From positions 128,001-192,000 of the forward strand of contig OZ244922.1 in NCBI GenBank assembly GCA_965221905.1: 64,000 bases of DNA, written 5' to 3'. The DNA comes from Chloroflexota bacterium (GTDB lineage: Bacteria; Chloroflexota; UBA11872; VXOZ01). The notes beneath the pieces are model-generated. The model did not search any database, had not been told where the DNA came from, and saw only the letters and a list, made by a program, of their open reading frames with translations. Both the position numbers and the translations under genes were made by a program. Positions 29,757-40,385 of this stretch are shown piece after piece (position 1 is the first letter of the stretch; each line of letters starts with the position of its first letter).

Positions 29757-30944
29757 GGAAAACTCTGAACAAGTCCCTGGCATAGTATCATAGCAAGAAA
29801 GCAGGATACGGTGAGGAGCTGGGTAATGGAGCAACCGACGTTTGCCGACTTGGAGTACGCGCAGAAGAAGCGCAAGACGCGCCGGGAGAAGTTCTTGGAG
29901 CGGATGGACGCGCTGCTCCCGTGGGCGGAGATGGAGGCGCGCATTGCGCCGTACTATCCCAAGCCAGGGCGGGGGCGGCGGCCGTATCCCTTGTCGGTAA
30001 TGCTGCGGATACACTGCGTGCAGTTGTTCTACAACCTGAGCGATCCTGGGATGGAGGACATGCTGTACGAGGTAGAACCGGTGCGGCGGTTCGTGGGGCT
30101 GCGGCTGTCAGAGGCGCTGCCGGACGAGACGACTATTCTGCACTTTCGGCATTTGCTGGAGAAGCACCGGTTAGGAGAGGGGTTGTTGGCGGAGATCAAC
30201 GCGCATTTGGCAGGTCGGGGCTTGCGGCTGCGAGCGGGGACGGTAGTGGACGCGACCATCATCGCGGCGCCGACATCGACGAAGAACCGAGAGGGGGAGC
30301 GAGACCCGGCGATGCGGCAGGTGAAGAAGGGGAACCAGTATTACTTTGGGATGAAGCTGCACATCGGCGTCGACGCACAGACGGGGCTCGTGCATAGCTT
30401 CACCACCACATCGGCCAACGTGCACGACGTAACGCAAGCGGCGGCGTTGCTGCACGGCGCAGAGCAGCAGGTGTGGGGAGACGCCGGGTACGTGGGGGTG
30501 CAGAAGCGACCGGAGCATCAGGGGCGCGCCGTAGCGTGGCAGGTGGCGCTCAAGCCGGGGCTGCGGCGGAAACTGGCGCCTGAGAGCGCGGCGGCGCTGG
30601 CAGAGCAGCGCAAAGCATCGGTTAGGGCCAAAGTAGAGCATCCGTTCCTGTGGGTGAAGCGGCACTTCGGCTACGCCACGGTGCGCTACCGGGGTCTGTC
30701 CAAGAACAGGCAACGGCTGGCGTTGCTGCTGGGGCTGACCAATGTGATGACGGCCGCACGCCAGTTGGCAACATGACACGGGAGCAGTGCGCCCAAAACA
30801 CGGCCAGGAGCGTATTGCGCTTCCAACGGGACCGCATCAAAGCCAAAACAGCCCCTCCCACATGCCAAGACACACCTCAAACCACCCCACAATCCCGCAC
30901 ATACCCATAAACCGATGCATATCCCGACTTGCTCAGACCTTTCC
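29757..30944 (+). mobile_element. IS5-family insertion sequence
   Basis: 19-bp imperfect IRs (GGAAAACTCTGAACAAGTC / GACTTGCTCAGACCTTTCC). CTAG at both junctions. Confidence 0.92.
29826..30776 (+). CDS. IS5 transposase
   Basis: KTRREKFL, PDETTIL, VDATII, GMKLHIGVD, GDAGY and RAKVEHPF. Confidence 0.95.
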   Translation: MEQPTFADLEYAQKKRKTRREKFLERMDALLPWAEMEARIAPYYPKPGRGRRPYPLSVMLRIHCVQLFYNLSDPGMEDMLYEVEPVRRFVGLRLSEALPDETTILHFRHLLEKHRLGEGLLAEINAHLAGRGLRLRAGTVVDATIIAAPTSTKNREGERDPAMRQVKKGNQYYFGMKLHIGVDAQTGLVHSFTTTSANVHDVTQAAALLHGAEQQVWGDAGYVGVQKRPEHQGRAVAWQVALKPGLRRKLAPESAAALAEQRKASVRAKVEHPFLWVKRHFGYATVRYRGLSKNRQRLALLLGLTNVMTAARQLAT

Positions 30945-30999
30945 TAGATAGACAGGTGACTGAAACGAATGACCGGGCTGCCACCTCTTCACGAGCATG

Positions 31000-31362
31000 C
31001 TAAAGGTCCGGTAGCGTGGTAAGTTCTACAACATCGAGTCCAGGTGAGCCGGGAACCATACCCATGTGCCGCACAAATGCCGTGAACAGTTTCGGAGTCA
31101 TTCGCTGACGGTAGTAATCGAGGTCGACCTCGGCAAACCGCCGCTGGTATTCGGATTTCTTCACATAGAAGTCTGGAGCAACCTTGATCCATGGTTCTTC
31201 ATGGGCCGATGGCTTCTCTTGCACAGCACTTCTCTGCGGGGCCCCACTTAACCACTGGAATTTTTCAGTGTCTGGATTCTTGGGAGAAAAGACATTTACT
31301 AGTGCGCCGCTTTGATCGGTGACTTCTCTATCAAGTGCTATGCTGAAATCTGTAGACATCAC
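31000..31362 (-). CDS. Hypothetical protein (putative antitoxin-like partner)
   Basis: Overlaps the upstream ORF by 4 nt and ends 1 nt before the native PIN start. Confidence 0.55.
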   Translation of the reverse strand: MMSTDFSIALDREVTDQSGALVNVFSPKNPDTEKFQWLSGAPQRSAVQEKPSAHEEPWIKVAPDFYVKKSEYQRRFAEVDLDYYRQRMTPKLFTAFVRHMGMVPGSPGLDVVELTTLPDL

Positions 31363-32036
31363 CCACCTGCAGTCTTACTGAGATCCGATTGCACGAGTTG
31401 AATGGCGGACTCTTGCCACGAACGAGCGTCCGCAAGGACATTTCCTAGTTCCTGAGAGGTGTATTCCATCTCAACATTCCACTGAAACCCTAAACTCATG
31501 AATAGAAATCGCTCTGGCATAGTGTCCCTTTCCCACCGGAGAAACGTTTCCTGCAGTTGCTTAGGTTCCATTGGGCCAAGTTGGACGTGCTTAAACACAT
31601 GGCCTTCGTCCCGGTCAATTGTAACGCCAAGATCAGTTGCCCGCTGAATTAGCGCCGTATCTTGGAGATATGTCCGCTCAAATAGCGAACAGAGTTCGCG
31701 AAACGATAGTGCATAGGGTTCTATGAATATAGAGTCAATGCGCACTTTTGTCAGACTGGGAAAGGAAGAAACGTCATTAAGCTCAGAGAATGCCTGCAAG
31801 GCATTCTGTACAACCATTTCGGTTGTTCTGTCTCCTTCCTGCTCGAAAGAGAACCCGCGCATTTGGAATCCGATGCGCTGCTTATTTTCCTCATTCTCGA
31901 AGTACGTAGTTTCGCCCTTTAGTTCAGAATTCTCATCACCGCTGGCTACGCGAAACAAACCACGTACTTCCAGCCAAGGCCGCAAAGCCTCTGTGAACTC
32001 TAGCCGGATAATTGTTCTTACAAGCTCTACAGCCAT
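31359..32036 (-). CDS. Hypothetical protein, TIGR04255-like
   Basis: Beta-rich 225-aa ORF with weak by-eye resemblance to TIGR04255. First gene of the operon. Confidence 0.5.
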   Translation of the reverse strand: MAVELVRTIIRLEFTEALRPWLEVRGLFRVASGDENSELKGETTYFENEENKQRIGFQMRGFSFEQEGDRTTEMVVQNALQAFSELNDVSSFPSLTKVRIDSIFIEPYALSFRELCSLFERTYLQDTALIQRATDLGVTIDRDEGHVFKHVQLGPMEPKQLQETFLRWERDTMPERFLFMSLGFQWNVEMEYTSQELGNVLADARSWQESAIQLVQSDLSKTAGG

Positions 32037-32387
32037 TTTCTACTCGTCAACTGGCATGCCAATTCCCAAGACAATAGTTCACTAACGTCTACCAGGCCAT
32101 AAGCCAACTATACTAAACCGTTGCGGATCGCATTACAATCGAGGCAAAGCAACTAACGGCAAGCCGAAGTCTAAAACGAATGAACGAGCCGGCAATGTAG
32201 GATTCTTGGCTAAGTCTGCCCCGCTCGCATGTTGTCGAGATCTTGAAGAGCCACGCTTGGGTCATTTGAATATGTAGTGACCCGTCTGGGGAACGGTGAT
32301 TACTTAAGTGCCGTAACTACGAACACTAGGCCCTTCTCATAGCAAATCGCGAATGCAGTGAGACTTCGCAAGCGGGGAAGGGCAGTC

Positions 32388-33737
32388 CTAGGAAGACGAA
32401 GGCGTGGGGGTGGCTTGCGCGGACTGAATCTGCATTTGGATGGCGTTGTGGGTGTCGGCGGCGGCTTGCTGCGCGGTGGCTTGACCGGTGAGGACGGGGA
32501 AGACGAGCGAGGCGAAGATGAGGAACGCAAGCCATTCCGGCGCATCGGCGTCGATGTATTGACTTTGCTCCATGCTTTCCAAGAGCACCAGCGAGTCATT
32601 GACCGTAAGCGTCTGGTGCACGGAACGCAGCGTCTCCGCGCTAACGCGTATGGCGGGCATGCTCAGGATCAGAGAGGCTGCTTGCAGGAGTGGGTCCAGC
32701 ACCTCGTAGGCAGCATCCGGTTGGTTGCTCTCCTGCGCCACGCCTGCCATGTGCTCCGTCATCCCCCACGTCGCCGCATCGTTGCCGCGAGGAACCTCGA
32801 CGAGCTCAAGGGAAGCACGTCCGGCGCCGCGCCAAAAAACCTCTGCCTTGACCATACTACCCACCATGGCGATCTGGCCGGAAAGCATCATGTCCCGCGC
32901 CTTGCCGGTAAGGTTAATAGTGAGATTGTCCGTGCGGTAATCTACGACGTTGAGGGGCGGCGCAACCTCATGGTGCAGGATCAAATTTGCTTGGAATTGT
33001 AACGCATCGATGACCCCGGGGTGCGTGACGTCCCAGTTGCGGTCTTGAAAGAGGGTGCTGCCATCTTGCCAAGCCATGGCAAAGAACGGCGGGACTAACG
33101 GTGCTTGTAACGTGCCCCAGACACGCGGCGTGGCAGTTTCGTCGTTGAGCGATTGAGCCAGCGTTAAGAAGTCCTGCCAGCTCCAGTTATCCTCCGGCAG
33201 AGGGGTATTCGATTGAGAAAAAAGCGCCGGGTTGTACAGCAGGGCACAAACCGACGCCGCAAGAGGGAGAGCATGCAGCGTACCGCGGTAGGCGCCGCTA
33301 CTTAGGATGTGCGGCCAGAAGTTATCAGTAGAGAAATCAATATCACGACGCGTATACTCGGTGAGCTCGCGCGTCACGCCTTGTTGTGCCAGAGTAGGCA
33401 ACGCGAACTGGTCCATCCAAACAAGATCGGGGCGGGTGCCGGCTGCCGCCAATTGCGTAACAGCTTCAGAATACGTCTGACCGCCCGTAGGCCGCAGCGC
33501 CACCGGCTCGACTGTATACTGCTCGGCGAAGGTCGCTTCCTCGAGCACCGTCCCCATTTCACCAGTCTGGTCGCCGGAGGCATCGGGCATGAGCAGCGTA
33601 AGAGCCGTGGCGGGCGTGACGGTTGCTGATGTCCCAAGGGACTCTTCCGTCTCCGAATCATCCGACGAGAAAGGCCCACAAGCACCAACAATTGCAGGCA
33701 CAAAGGGCGCCAAAAATAGCAGCTTTCGTCGCGTCAC
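32388..33737 (-). CDS. ABC sugar-type extracellular solute-binding lipoprotein
   Basis: TRRKLL Tat-like signal, VGAC lipobox, PDL, LYNPALF and WSWQDF. GTG start with GGAGG. Confidence 0.85.
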   Translation of the reverse strand: MTRRKLLFLAPFVPAIVGACGPFSSDDSETEESLGTSATVTPATALTLLMPDASGDQTGEMGTVLEEATFAEQYTVEPVALRPTGGQTYSEAVTQLAAAGTRPDLVWMDQFALPTLAQQGVTRELTEYTRRDIDFSTDNFWPHILSSGAYRGTLHALPLAASVCALLYNPALFSQSNTPLPEDNWSWQDFLTLAQSLNDETATPRVWGTLQAPLVPPFFAMAWQDGSTLFQDRNWDVTHPGVIDALQFQANLILHHEVAPPLNVVDYRTDNLTINLTGKARDMMLSGQIAMVGSMVKAEVFWRGAGRASLELVEVPRGNDAATWGMTEHMAGVAQESNQPDAAYEVLDPLLQAASLILSMPAIRVSAETLRSVHQTLTVNDSLVLLESMEQSQYIDADAPEWLAFLIFASLVFPVLTGQATAQQAAADTHNAIQMQIQSAQATPTPSSS

Positions 33738-34102
33738 TGCGGACTTGCCTCCAAGCAGCCGGGGATAGCTCGCGGTAATATCAGTCTCGCCTCGCCCTGC
33801 GTGGGCAATACGCGGAAGGACACCCACGCGCCACCGCTCGTACACATCGTTGTGCTTTGCTCCCGTGTCACTTTGCGCTGTCTCGAATTCTCTGCCGAAC
33901 TAGAGATCAGTACTACTCCTAAGCATGCTTGAGAAAGCTGGGAATTTCCTGAGATTCACACGTAGCCGTGCAAATTAACCGCCGTTTGCCCTTTACCAAG
34001 CTATTTGTTGCTGCAAACACCTGACCGCCCGCGAGGGCAACAAAGCGTCTTCTATCGTTCATCGTATCACGTGGACACGGCTGGTATACGTTGGCTCCGC
34101 GG

Positions 34103-35362
34103 TCAGACCTCGCGGGCGGCGATATCCCTGCGATAGTAAGCATTCTCAAACGAAATGCGTTCGATGTTGGCGTAGGCGCGTGCACGCGCTTTAGGAACGT
34201 TGGCAGCTTGTCCTACCGTTATGAGCACCCGGCCCCCGGCAGTGACGACCGTGTCGTTTGCCAAAGCGGTGCCGGCATGGAAGAGCAGCACGTCGTCATG
34301 GATGGTATCCAGTCCTGATATGGGGTAGCCGGTGGTATAGGAGGCGGGGTAACCGCCGGAGGCGACCACCACACCGCAGGTGGCGGCGGGATCCCAGGTG
34401 ACATCGGCTTCCGGCAGCCGTCCTTCTACTGCCGCCTGAAACACGGTTACCAGGTCGGCCTGCAAGCGCGGCAAAATGAGTTGCGCTTCGGGGTCGCCGA
34501 ATCGCACGTTGAACTCTACGATGCGGGGTCCGTCGTTGGTAAGCATTAGTTGACCGTAGAGGACGCCGACGTATGGGTGCCCTTCCTGTGCCATAAGCGT
34601 GATGGTGCGCTCCATGATCTCGTGATGGATGTAGTCCAGAGTCTCCGGGTCCACGAACGGGGCCGGTGAATAGCCGCCCATGCCGCCGGTGTTGGGACCG
34701 GTGTCGCCGTCGAAGGCGCGCTTGTAGTCGCAAGCGGTCGCGAGCGGAGTAATGTGCGTGCCGTCGGCAAAGGCGAAGACCGAAATCTCGGTGCCGCGTA
34801 AGCACTCCTCGATCACGATGCGGTCGCCGGATTCGCCAAAATCGCGGCTCTCCATAATGGAGTGCAACGCTTGCTCGGTCTCGGTGGAGGAGGTGCACAC
34901 GAACACGCCTTTGCCGGCAGTCAAGCCATCGGGCTTGATCACGATCGGCAGGGGCGCTTGCTCCAGGTAGGCTGCCGCCGCTTCCCGCTGATCGAAAACG
35001 GCGAAATCGGCCGTAGGCAGTCCGTGCCGTTGCATGAACTCCTTCGACCAGACTTTGCTCCACTCCAGTTTCGCCGCTTCCCGCGTGGGGCCGAATGCTG
35101 CCTGATTACAGGCTTGCAACGCGTCCACCGCGCCGAGCGCCAGCGGATCGTCTTGGGCAACCACCGTGAGGTCTATGGCGTTGGCCTGCACCCACTTGAC
35201 GAGAGATTCAATGTCAGTTGCCGCAATGGGCACGTTCTCCGCCAGAGCGGCCGTGCCGGCATTGCCGGGCGCAACGAAGAGCGTCGGCTTTAGCGGACTC
35301 TGCGCACACTTCCACGCAATCGCGTGCTCTCTTCCACCCCCGCCGACAATTAGGATGCGCAT
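34103..35362 (-). CDS. purD: Phosphoribosylamine--glycine ligase
   Basis: GGGGREHAIAW, GPNTGGMG, EFNVRFGDPE and YRRDIA. Confidence 0.97.
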   Translation of the reverse strand: MRILIVGGGGREHAIAWKCAQSPLKPTLFVAPGNAGTAALAENVPIAATDIESLVKWVQANAIDLTVVAQDDPLALGAVDALQACNQAAFGPTREAAKLEWSKVWSKEFMQRHGLPTADFAVFDQREAAAAYLEQAPLPIVIKPDGLTAGKGVFVCTSSTETEQALHSIMESRDFGESGDRIVIEECLRGTEISVFAFADGTHITPLATACDYKRAFDGDTGPNTGGMGGYSPAPFVDPETLDYIHHEIMERTITLMAQEGHPYVGVLYGQLMLTNDGPRIVEFNVRFGDPEAQLILPRLQADLVTVFQAAVEGRLPEADVTWDPAATCGVVVASGGYPASYTTGYPISGLDTIHDDVLLFHAGTALANDTVVTAGGRVLITVGQAANVPKARARAYANIERISFENAYYRRDIAAREV

Positions 35363-35369
35363 AGGCCGG

Positions 35370-35753
35370 TTACTCCAACGCTAGCAGTCCTTCACGGAAG
35401 TCGACGACCAAGCGCTCGCCGCGCAAGAAATCCAATCCCAACACGCCGTCTATCCCGGCGCGGGATGGCAGCGTGTGGCAAACAACGCGCATGTTGGTTG
35501 CCGCTTTCCCCAACGCCTCGATCCTTTCGACGCTTAGCAATGGCACGGACACGGCGCCGCTGCCAGTGATGATGCATACGTCTTCTCCCATTGCATAGAG
35601 ATCAAACCCAAGAGATTGAGCAACTTCCTTACTAATGACCGTTCGCGTTGCGCCGGTATCGAGAGCTAATCGAGCGGTTTCAGGACTATTCCCACGTTAG
35701 AGCCGGGTAGGAACAATAATGAGATTACTGCGTGGATCGAAACGGAAGCTCAT
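35370..35753 (-). pseudogene. Retropepsin-like aspartyl protease with in-frame TAA at codon 19
   Basis: MSFRFDPRSNLIIVPTRL*RG..LALDTGAT..GVLGLDFL. Stop at 35697-35699. Confidence 0.75.
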
Positions 35754-36001
35754 ATAAGTATTTCTACATCATCCGGAATGTCGCCAAAAAACCAGACCGC
35801 CCAATGACTAGGAGCGTTGCCCTCCTCTTGCAGCCGCCACAGCGCCTGATAGACGACTACCCGGTCTTCGTCGTGAACGAGAACGGCACCGCGTATCACC
35901 TCATTCATCGCCGTGAGATCGGGTTCGCCAATCAGCACCCATTCTCCGTCGAATGCCGCTTCCATCTCCGCATAGGTCATTGTTTCAGCTTGAGTCTTCA
36001 T
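35750..36001 (-). CDS. Small DUF5678-like protein
   Basis: FDGEWVLI..GAVLVHDEDR. 4-nt overlap with the protease start. Confidence 0.6.
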   Translation of the reverse strand: MKTQAETMTYAEMEAAFDGEWVLIGEPDLTAMNEVIRGAVLVHDEDRVVVYQALWRLQEEGNAPSHWAVWFFGDIPDDVEILI

Positions 36002-36398
36002 GTTGCATGCGCCTCCTTGACTTTGACACCTAAATGCTACCAGATAGGCAGCGCCATGCGCGACGACTAACAAGATGGAAAACCAATTTGATCGCCGCAA
36101 AAGGCACAGCAGTGTCTGCGCAAGTTCTAGGCATCGATCGCCCTGTACGCCGTCGCGCGGAGAGCGCGAAGGGAAGCGATTGGAAGTGCATACTCCCCCA
36201 ATCTCTGTTCATGCTTACACAAGCTCAGCGCGAACGGTCGAGGAGTCCAGTCTGTCTTGATGCAACGGCTTGTGCCTGCGAGGATTTGTGCCTGCGAGGA
36301 CAAGAGTAGTCCACTTGGTTTTGCGGTTGACAAAGTTTATCCATGCTCGCTATAAATGGTGGCAGAATGTGTCACTGGCGAGTAATGGAGGCTTCGTT

Positions 36399-37772
36399 AT
36401 GAACGAGTACATCACTCGAAGGACGTTCTTAGCCGGCACGACCGTGCTCGGAGCGGGCGTGCTGGCGGCGGCGTGCGGACAGCCTGCGCCAGCCATGGAA
36501 GAGCAAGAGATGGCGCCGGAGAAGAAGGAAGAGGCTCAGGCGGAAGCGGAAGCTCCTTCCGGGCCGCAGGGCGAGGCGCTCTACTGGCACCGCGGCTTCT
36601 TTGATTTCGAGCCGTTTGCCGCCGAGTTCGCGGACCTGAATCCCGGCCTAACCTTTAACGCCGTGGGCGAAGCCGACCGCTTGAACAAATTCGTTGCGGC
36701 AGTGGCGGCGGGCAGTCCGCCCGATGCCGTGGACGTGGGCGACTGGCAGACGGTAGAGCTCGGCCTCACGGATATTTCCCAGCCGTTGAACAATTACTAC
36801 AAAGCATCAGGGGTGCTCAATATTGCGGAATTCTGGCCCAGCGTGCTGAGCTATCTCACCGATGCGCCGACGGGCAATTTGTACGGCGCGCCCTATGCGC
36901 CCGACTTGCGCGTGATGTATATCCATGGGGATACCTATCTCGAAGTTGGCCTGGATCCCGAGAATCCGCCGTCGAGCTGGTCCGATTTCGACACCGCCAT
37001 CCTCCAAACCACGAAGTTCGATGGCGACACCTTGGTACGCGCCGGGTGCCCGCCTTTCTGGGGCAGTGGCGGCACCGCGCTCTGGCTCCTGCTGCTCTGG
37101 CAGTTAGGCGGCGACGTAATGGCCGACGACTGGTCTGCCGTAACGATTAACAGCCCCGAAGCCGTCAGGTCGTTGGACTGGCTGAAGAACATCCACGACG
37201 TGCAGGGCGGCTGGGACGCCATCGCCCAACTGCGGGGCGACGGACTGCACCGCAATAGCCACCTGGCCGAAGCGCGTGCGGTGCACTATTACGCGACCTT
37301 CGCCGAGCGCGGGCAGTGGTTCAAGGAAAACGCGCCGGACCTGAACTTCGGCTTCACGCCCTGGCCCAAGCCGGAGGGCGGACTGGACGCGAACCTGGGC
37401 GGCAATCACACCGCCACGTTTGCCGTCAACGCGCCAAATCCGGACGCGATGTTCAGTTGGGTTGAGTACTTCTTAAGCGCGGAGACGAACCTGCGCTTTG
37501 CCAAGCAGTTCGACCGTGTGCCGGTGCGCGAGGCCACTACCTCCTCACCGGAGTACACGGAGAACGATCCGTTCCGCGAACTGATCGCCCAACAGATGCC
37601 ATTCCGCCACTTTTACTACTCCGGGCCGGGCGCTACGGAAGCGCGCAACCACTCGAGGGACTTCGTGCCGGACGTGATGGCGGGCAATATCACCGCGCCG
37701 GAGGCGCTCGAAAACGCCGAGAAGCAAATCACGGAGCTCCTGGCGGGCTGGAACGAGCGCCTGGGACGGTAA
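36399..37772 (+). CDS. ABC solute-binding lipoprotein (Tat signal)
   Basis: TRRTFLAG, LAAAC and PPD. GGAGG RBS. Confidence 0.88.
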   Translation: MNEYITRRTFLAGTTVLGAGVLAAACGQPAPAMEEQEMAPEKKEEAQAEAEAPSGPQGEALYWHRGFFDFEPFAAEFADLNPGLTFNAVGEADRLNKFVAAVAAGSPPDAVDVGDWQTVELGLTDISQPLNNYYKASGVLNIAEFWPSVLSYLTDAPTGNLYGAPYAPDLRVMYIHGDTYLEVGLDPENPPSSWSDFDTAILQTTKFDGDTLVRAGCPPFWGSGGTALWLLLLWQLGGDVMADDWSAVTINSPEAVRSLDWLKNIHDVQGGWDAIAQLRGDGLHRNSHLAEARAVHYYATFAERGQWFKENAPDLNFGFTPWPKPEGGLDANLGGNHTATFAVNAPNPDAMFSWVEYFLSAETNLRFAKQFDRVPVREATTSSPEYTENDPFRELIAQQMPFRHFYYSGPGATEARNHSRDFVPDVMAGNITAPEALENAEKQITELLAGWNERLGR

Positions 37773-38101
37773 CAAGCCGGCTAGGACGAGACGCTATTGC
37801 GGATGAGGAAAGGAACTCCGTGCCCCTTCCTCATCTCGCCGTGCGCATCTTCCCCTCTCCTCTTAAAGACCAATGGGCACCCATTGCAAACCAATGGGCA
37901 CCCACTGGGGCTGAGACGCGAGAGGCTTCGGGGGAATCGGCCCTTGTTCCGGCACTGTATGGGGCTCCGGCTGCAGTACGACACGCCGGACCGCTTGAGG
38001 ATACGTCGATTTCGAGCGGAGTCTGCGCAGCGGCGGTTAAGCGAGCGACTTTCCAGAGAGTCGCTGAGGCAGTTTGAACCCAAATACCCTAAGAGAGGCG
38101 T

Positions 38102-39265
38102 ATGAATACACAACCTGACACACCATACGATCTGGTAATCCACGCGGGTCGGGTTATCTGCCCGGCAACCGGACTGGACGGGGCCGGCGCAGTGGCACTG
38201 CGCGGCGACCGCATTGCCGCAGTGCTGGATTCCGTGGAAAGTGCCGCGCTGACGCAAGATTCCGCGCGGCAGACTCTCTCTTTTCCCGATGGCATCCTGC
38301 TCCCCGGCCTGGTGGACGCGCATGCGCATCCGGCGCTGTCGGGTTCCAAGTACGGCATTGATCCCGATGCGCACATCCTGCCGTTTGGCTCTACCACGGT
38401 GCTATCGCAAGGCGATGCCGGAGCAAGGAATTGGGCGCGCTACAAGGAAGAAACAATTGCGGGCAGCCGCACCCGCATTCTCATGGCCCTCAACCTATCG
38501 GCCTCCGGCGAATCCAATGAAGAAGGCTGCTTTGCCGATCTGGCCGACGCCGATGTGAACGCCTGCGTGGGGACCGTCATGCAGGAACCCGGACTCATCT
38601 GGGGCATTGCCCTGAATGTTGGCCCTACTAACTGCCGCGAGAACGACCCCCGCAAGGTCGTGGCCCACGGGTTGGCGGCCGCCGAGCGCACGAAAAAACC
38701 CTTGCTCATCGGCCAGCGCCGCCACGACGACTGGGCGCTGGCGGAGCAATTCAACCTGCTGCGTCCCGGGGACGTGGTAACGTACTGCTACCATGCGCGA
38801 GCGGGGAGCATTGTGGCTGACGGGCGCGTGCTCGACTGCGTGTGGGCCGCCCGCGACCGCGGCATCCTCTTCGATCTCGGCCACGGCATGGATTCGTTCA
38901 ACTTTGAGATCGCTACGATCGCTATTGCCGAGGGATTCCTGCCGGATACCATCTCCGGCGACGTCTACGCCCGCCACAGCGGCGCGACGCCGCGCCACCA
39001 CCTCCCGCTGGTGATGTCGAAGCTCCGTGCCGCCGGCATGCGGGAGGCCGACATCTGGCCCCGCGTGACATCGCGTCCCGCCGCGCTCCTCGGCCAAGAA
39101 AACGAGCTTGGCGTGCTGACGCCGGGAGCATGCGCCGACCTGGCCGTACTGCGTTGGCACGACGAACCGCAGGCGCTCCGCGACGCCGCCGGCAACGAAT
39201 ACTACGGCGGGGTGTGGGATCCGGTGCTCACCGTCCGCGGCGGCGAAGTTGTCAGCAGCCCGTAG
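38102..39265 (+). CDS. Amidohydrolase (dihydroorotase/deacetylase-like)
   Basis: PGLVDAHAH, FDLGHG..SF and PDTISGD. Confidence 0.85.
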   Translation: MNTQPDTPYDLVIHAGRVICPATGLDGAGAVALRGDRIAAVLDSVESAALTQDSARQTLSFPDGILLPGLVDAHAHPALSGSKYGIDPDAHILPFGSTTVLSQGDAGARNWARYKEETIAGSRTRILMALNLSASGESNEEGCFADLADADVNACVGTVMQEPGLIWGIALNVGPTNCRENDPRKVVAHGLAAAERTKKPLLIGQRRHDDWALAEQFNLLRPGDVVTYCYHARAGSIVADGRVLDCVWAARDRGILFDLGHGMDSFNFEIATIAIAEGFLPDTISGDVYARHSGATPRHHLPLVMSKLRAAGMREADIWPRVTSRPAALLGQENELGVLTPGACADLAVLRWHDEPQALRDAAGNEYYGGVWDPVLTVRGGEVVSSP

Positions 39266-39408
39266 TGCCCCTGCGGCAACCGGCCTGCTGCACTGCGCCT
39301 ATCTTCAACGCGACAACTTTATAGAATTACGCTACCTTGCTAATTCGCCGATTTCTTAGCACGGTCCGCGCATTGCAGTGCGGAATCTGAGAAGGGATTT
39401 TTGCGGTA

Positions 39409-40200
39409 GTGCTTGACACTTCTGATTACACTCCGGTGGCGCCGCATTATGACGCCAGTCGCAACATGCCTGAGGGCCTCCTGCTGACGTGCTTTCAACG
39501 CATCTTCGCAAAGGCAGCTTTCCCTGAGAAGAGCCGCATTCTCGACGCGGGCTGCGGCACGGCCCAGTTGTCCCTACCGTTGATTAAGAGCGGCCATAGC
39601 GTTGTTGGGGTAGACGTATCACACGCTATGCTGGAAATTGCCCGTCAAAAACTGGCGCCGGGCGATGCCGCAGAATTCAGGCTGGGCGATGTTCGATCTC
39701 TGGAAGATCCGGACGATTCCTATGATGCGGTGGTCGTTTCTAAGCTCTTTCAGCATGTTGGGAATTGGCGGTCAGCAGTCGACGAGCTCTTGCGGGTGAC
39801 GAAGGACAGCGGCCTTTTCATGCACATCAATGAAAGAGGCGCTTTCAAGCATGCGGTACGAAGGCAGTTCTCCGCTGATTGTGCGCAACGCGGCTACACG
39901 GACCTCTACGTTGGCATCAAAGACCGCAGCCAACTTGGCGCGCATCTCATTGAAAAGGGAGCAACGCCGCTTGCAATCGACACGCGCGGTCTGGCATGGG
40001 AGAAGACCATCACGTACAAGACCGCGCTTGAACACCTTAGGCAAAAGCTCCATTCGGAGTTCTGGGCGATCCCTGACAAAGTGTATGACCAAGTCTTGGC
40101 AGAGGTGCAGGAATGGGTGCGCGCGCAGCCGGAGGGCGAGGATACCGTCGAAACAGTGCGCCCTTATCTGGCGGCTGAAGTGTTCACTATCAGAAAGTAG
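39409..40200 (+). CDS. Class I SAM-dependent methyltransferase
   Basis: ILDAGCGT and GVDVS. Confidence 0.85.
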   Translation: MLDTSDYTPVAPHYDASRNMPEGLLLTCFQRIFAKAAFPEKSRILDAGCGTAQLSLPLIKSGHSVVGVDVSHAMLEIARQKLAPGDAAEFRLGDVRSLEDPDDSYDAVVVSKLFQHVGNWRSAVDELLRVTKDSGLFMHINERGAFKHAVRRQFSADCAQRGYTDLYVGIKDRSQLGAHLIEKGATPLAIDTRGLAWEKTITYKTALEHLRQKLHSEFWAIPDKVYDQVLAEVQEWVRAQPEGEDTVETVRPYLAAEVFTIRK

Positions 40201-40385
40201 CCCGTGGGAACAGGCGCAGGGCACTGCTAGAGAAGCTTGGAACCGGTACCAACCAGAAAGATAGCCTTCGTAGCGCTGCTTGCTCCTGCAGAGCCTGCCC
40301 ACCCTGCGGGGACATCGCGCTTCCGCCAATAAGATGATTGCCGTTCCGCGAACACATGCCCCAAGCGCAATGCGTCTCCCGCAAG

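Larger units (their letters stand above)
29233..30998 (-). pseudogene. PIN-domain (VapC-like) gene interrupted by IS5
   Basis: Removing the IS restores MLVKRWQPGHSFQSPVYLDANVLVG... with DDALHLALA and FVTADSDF. Confidence 0.8.

Noticed and set aside
37869-37907. 21-bp duplicated palindrome CAATGGGCACCCATTG
   Set aside because: Only two copies and no context. Possibly an operator or slippage, but not supportable.
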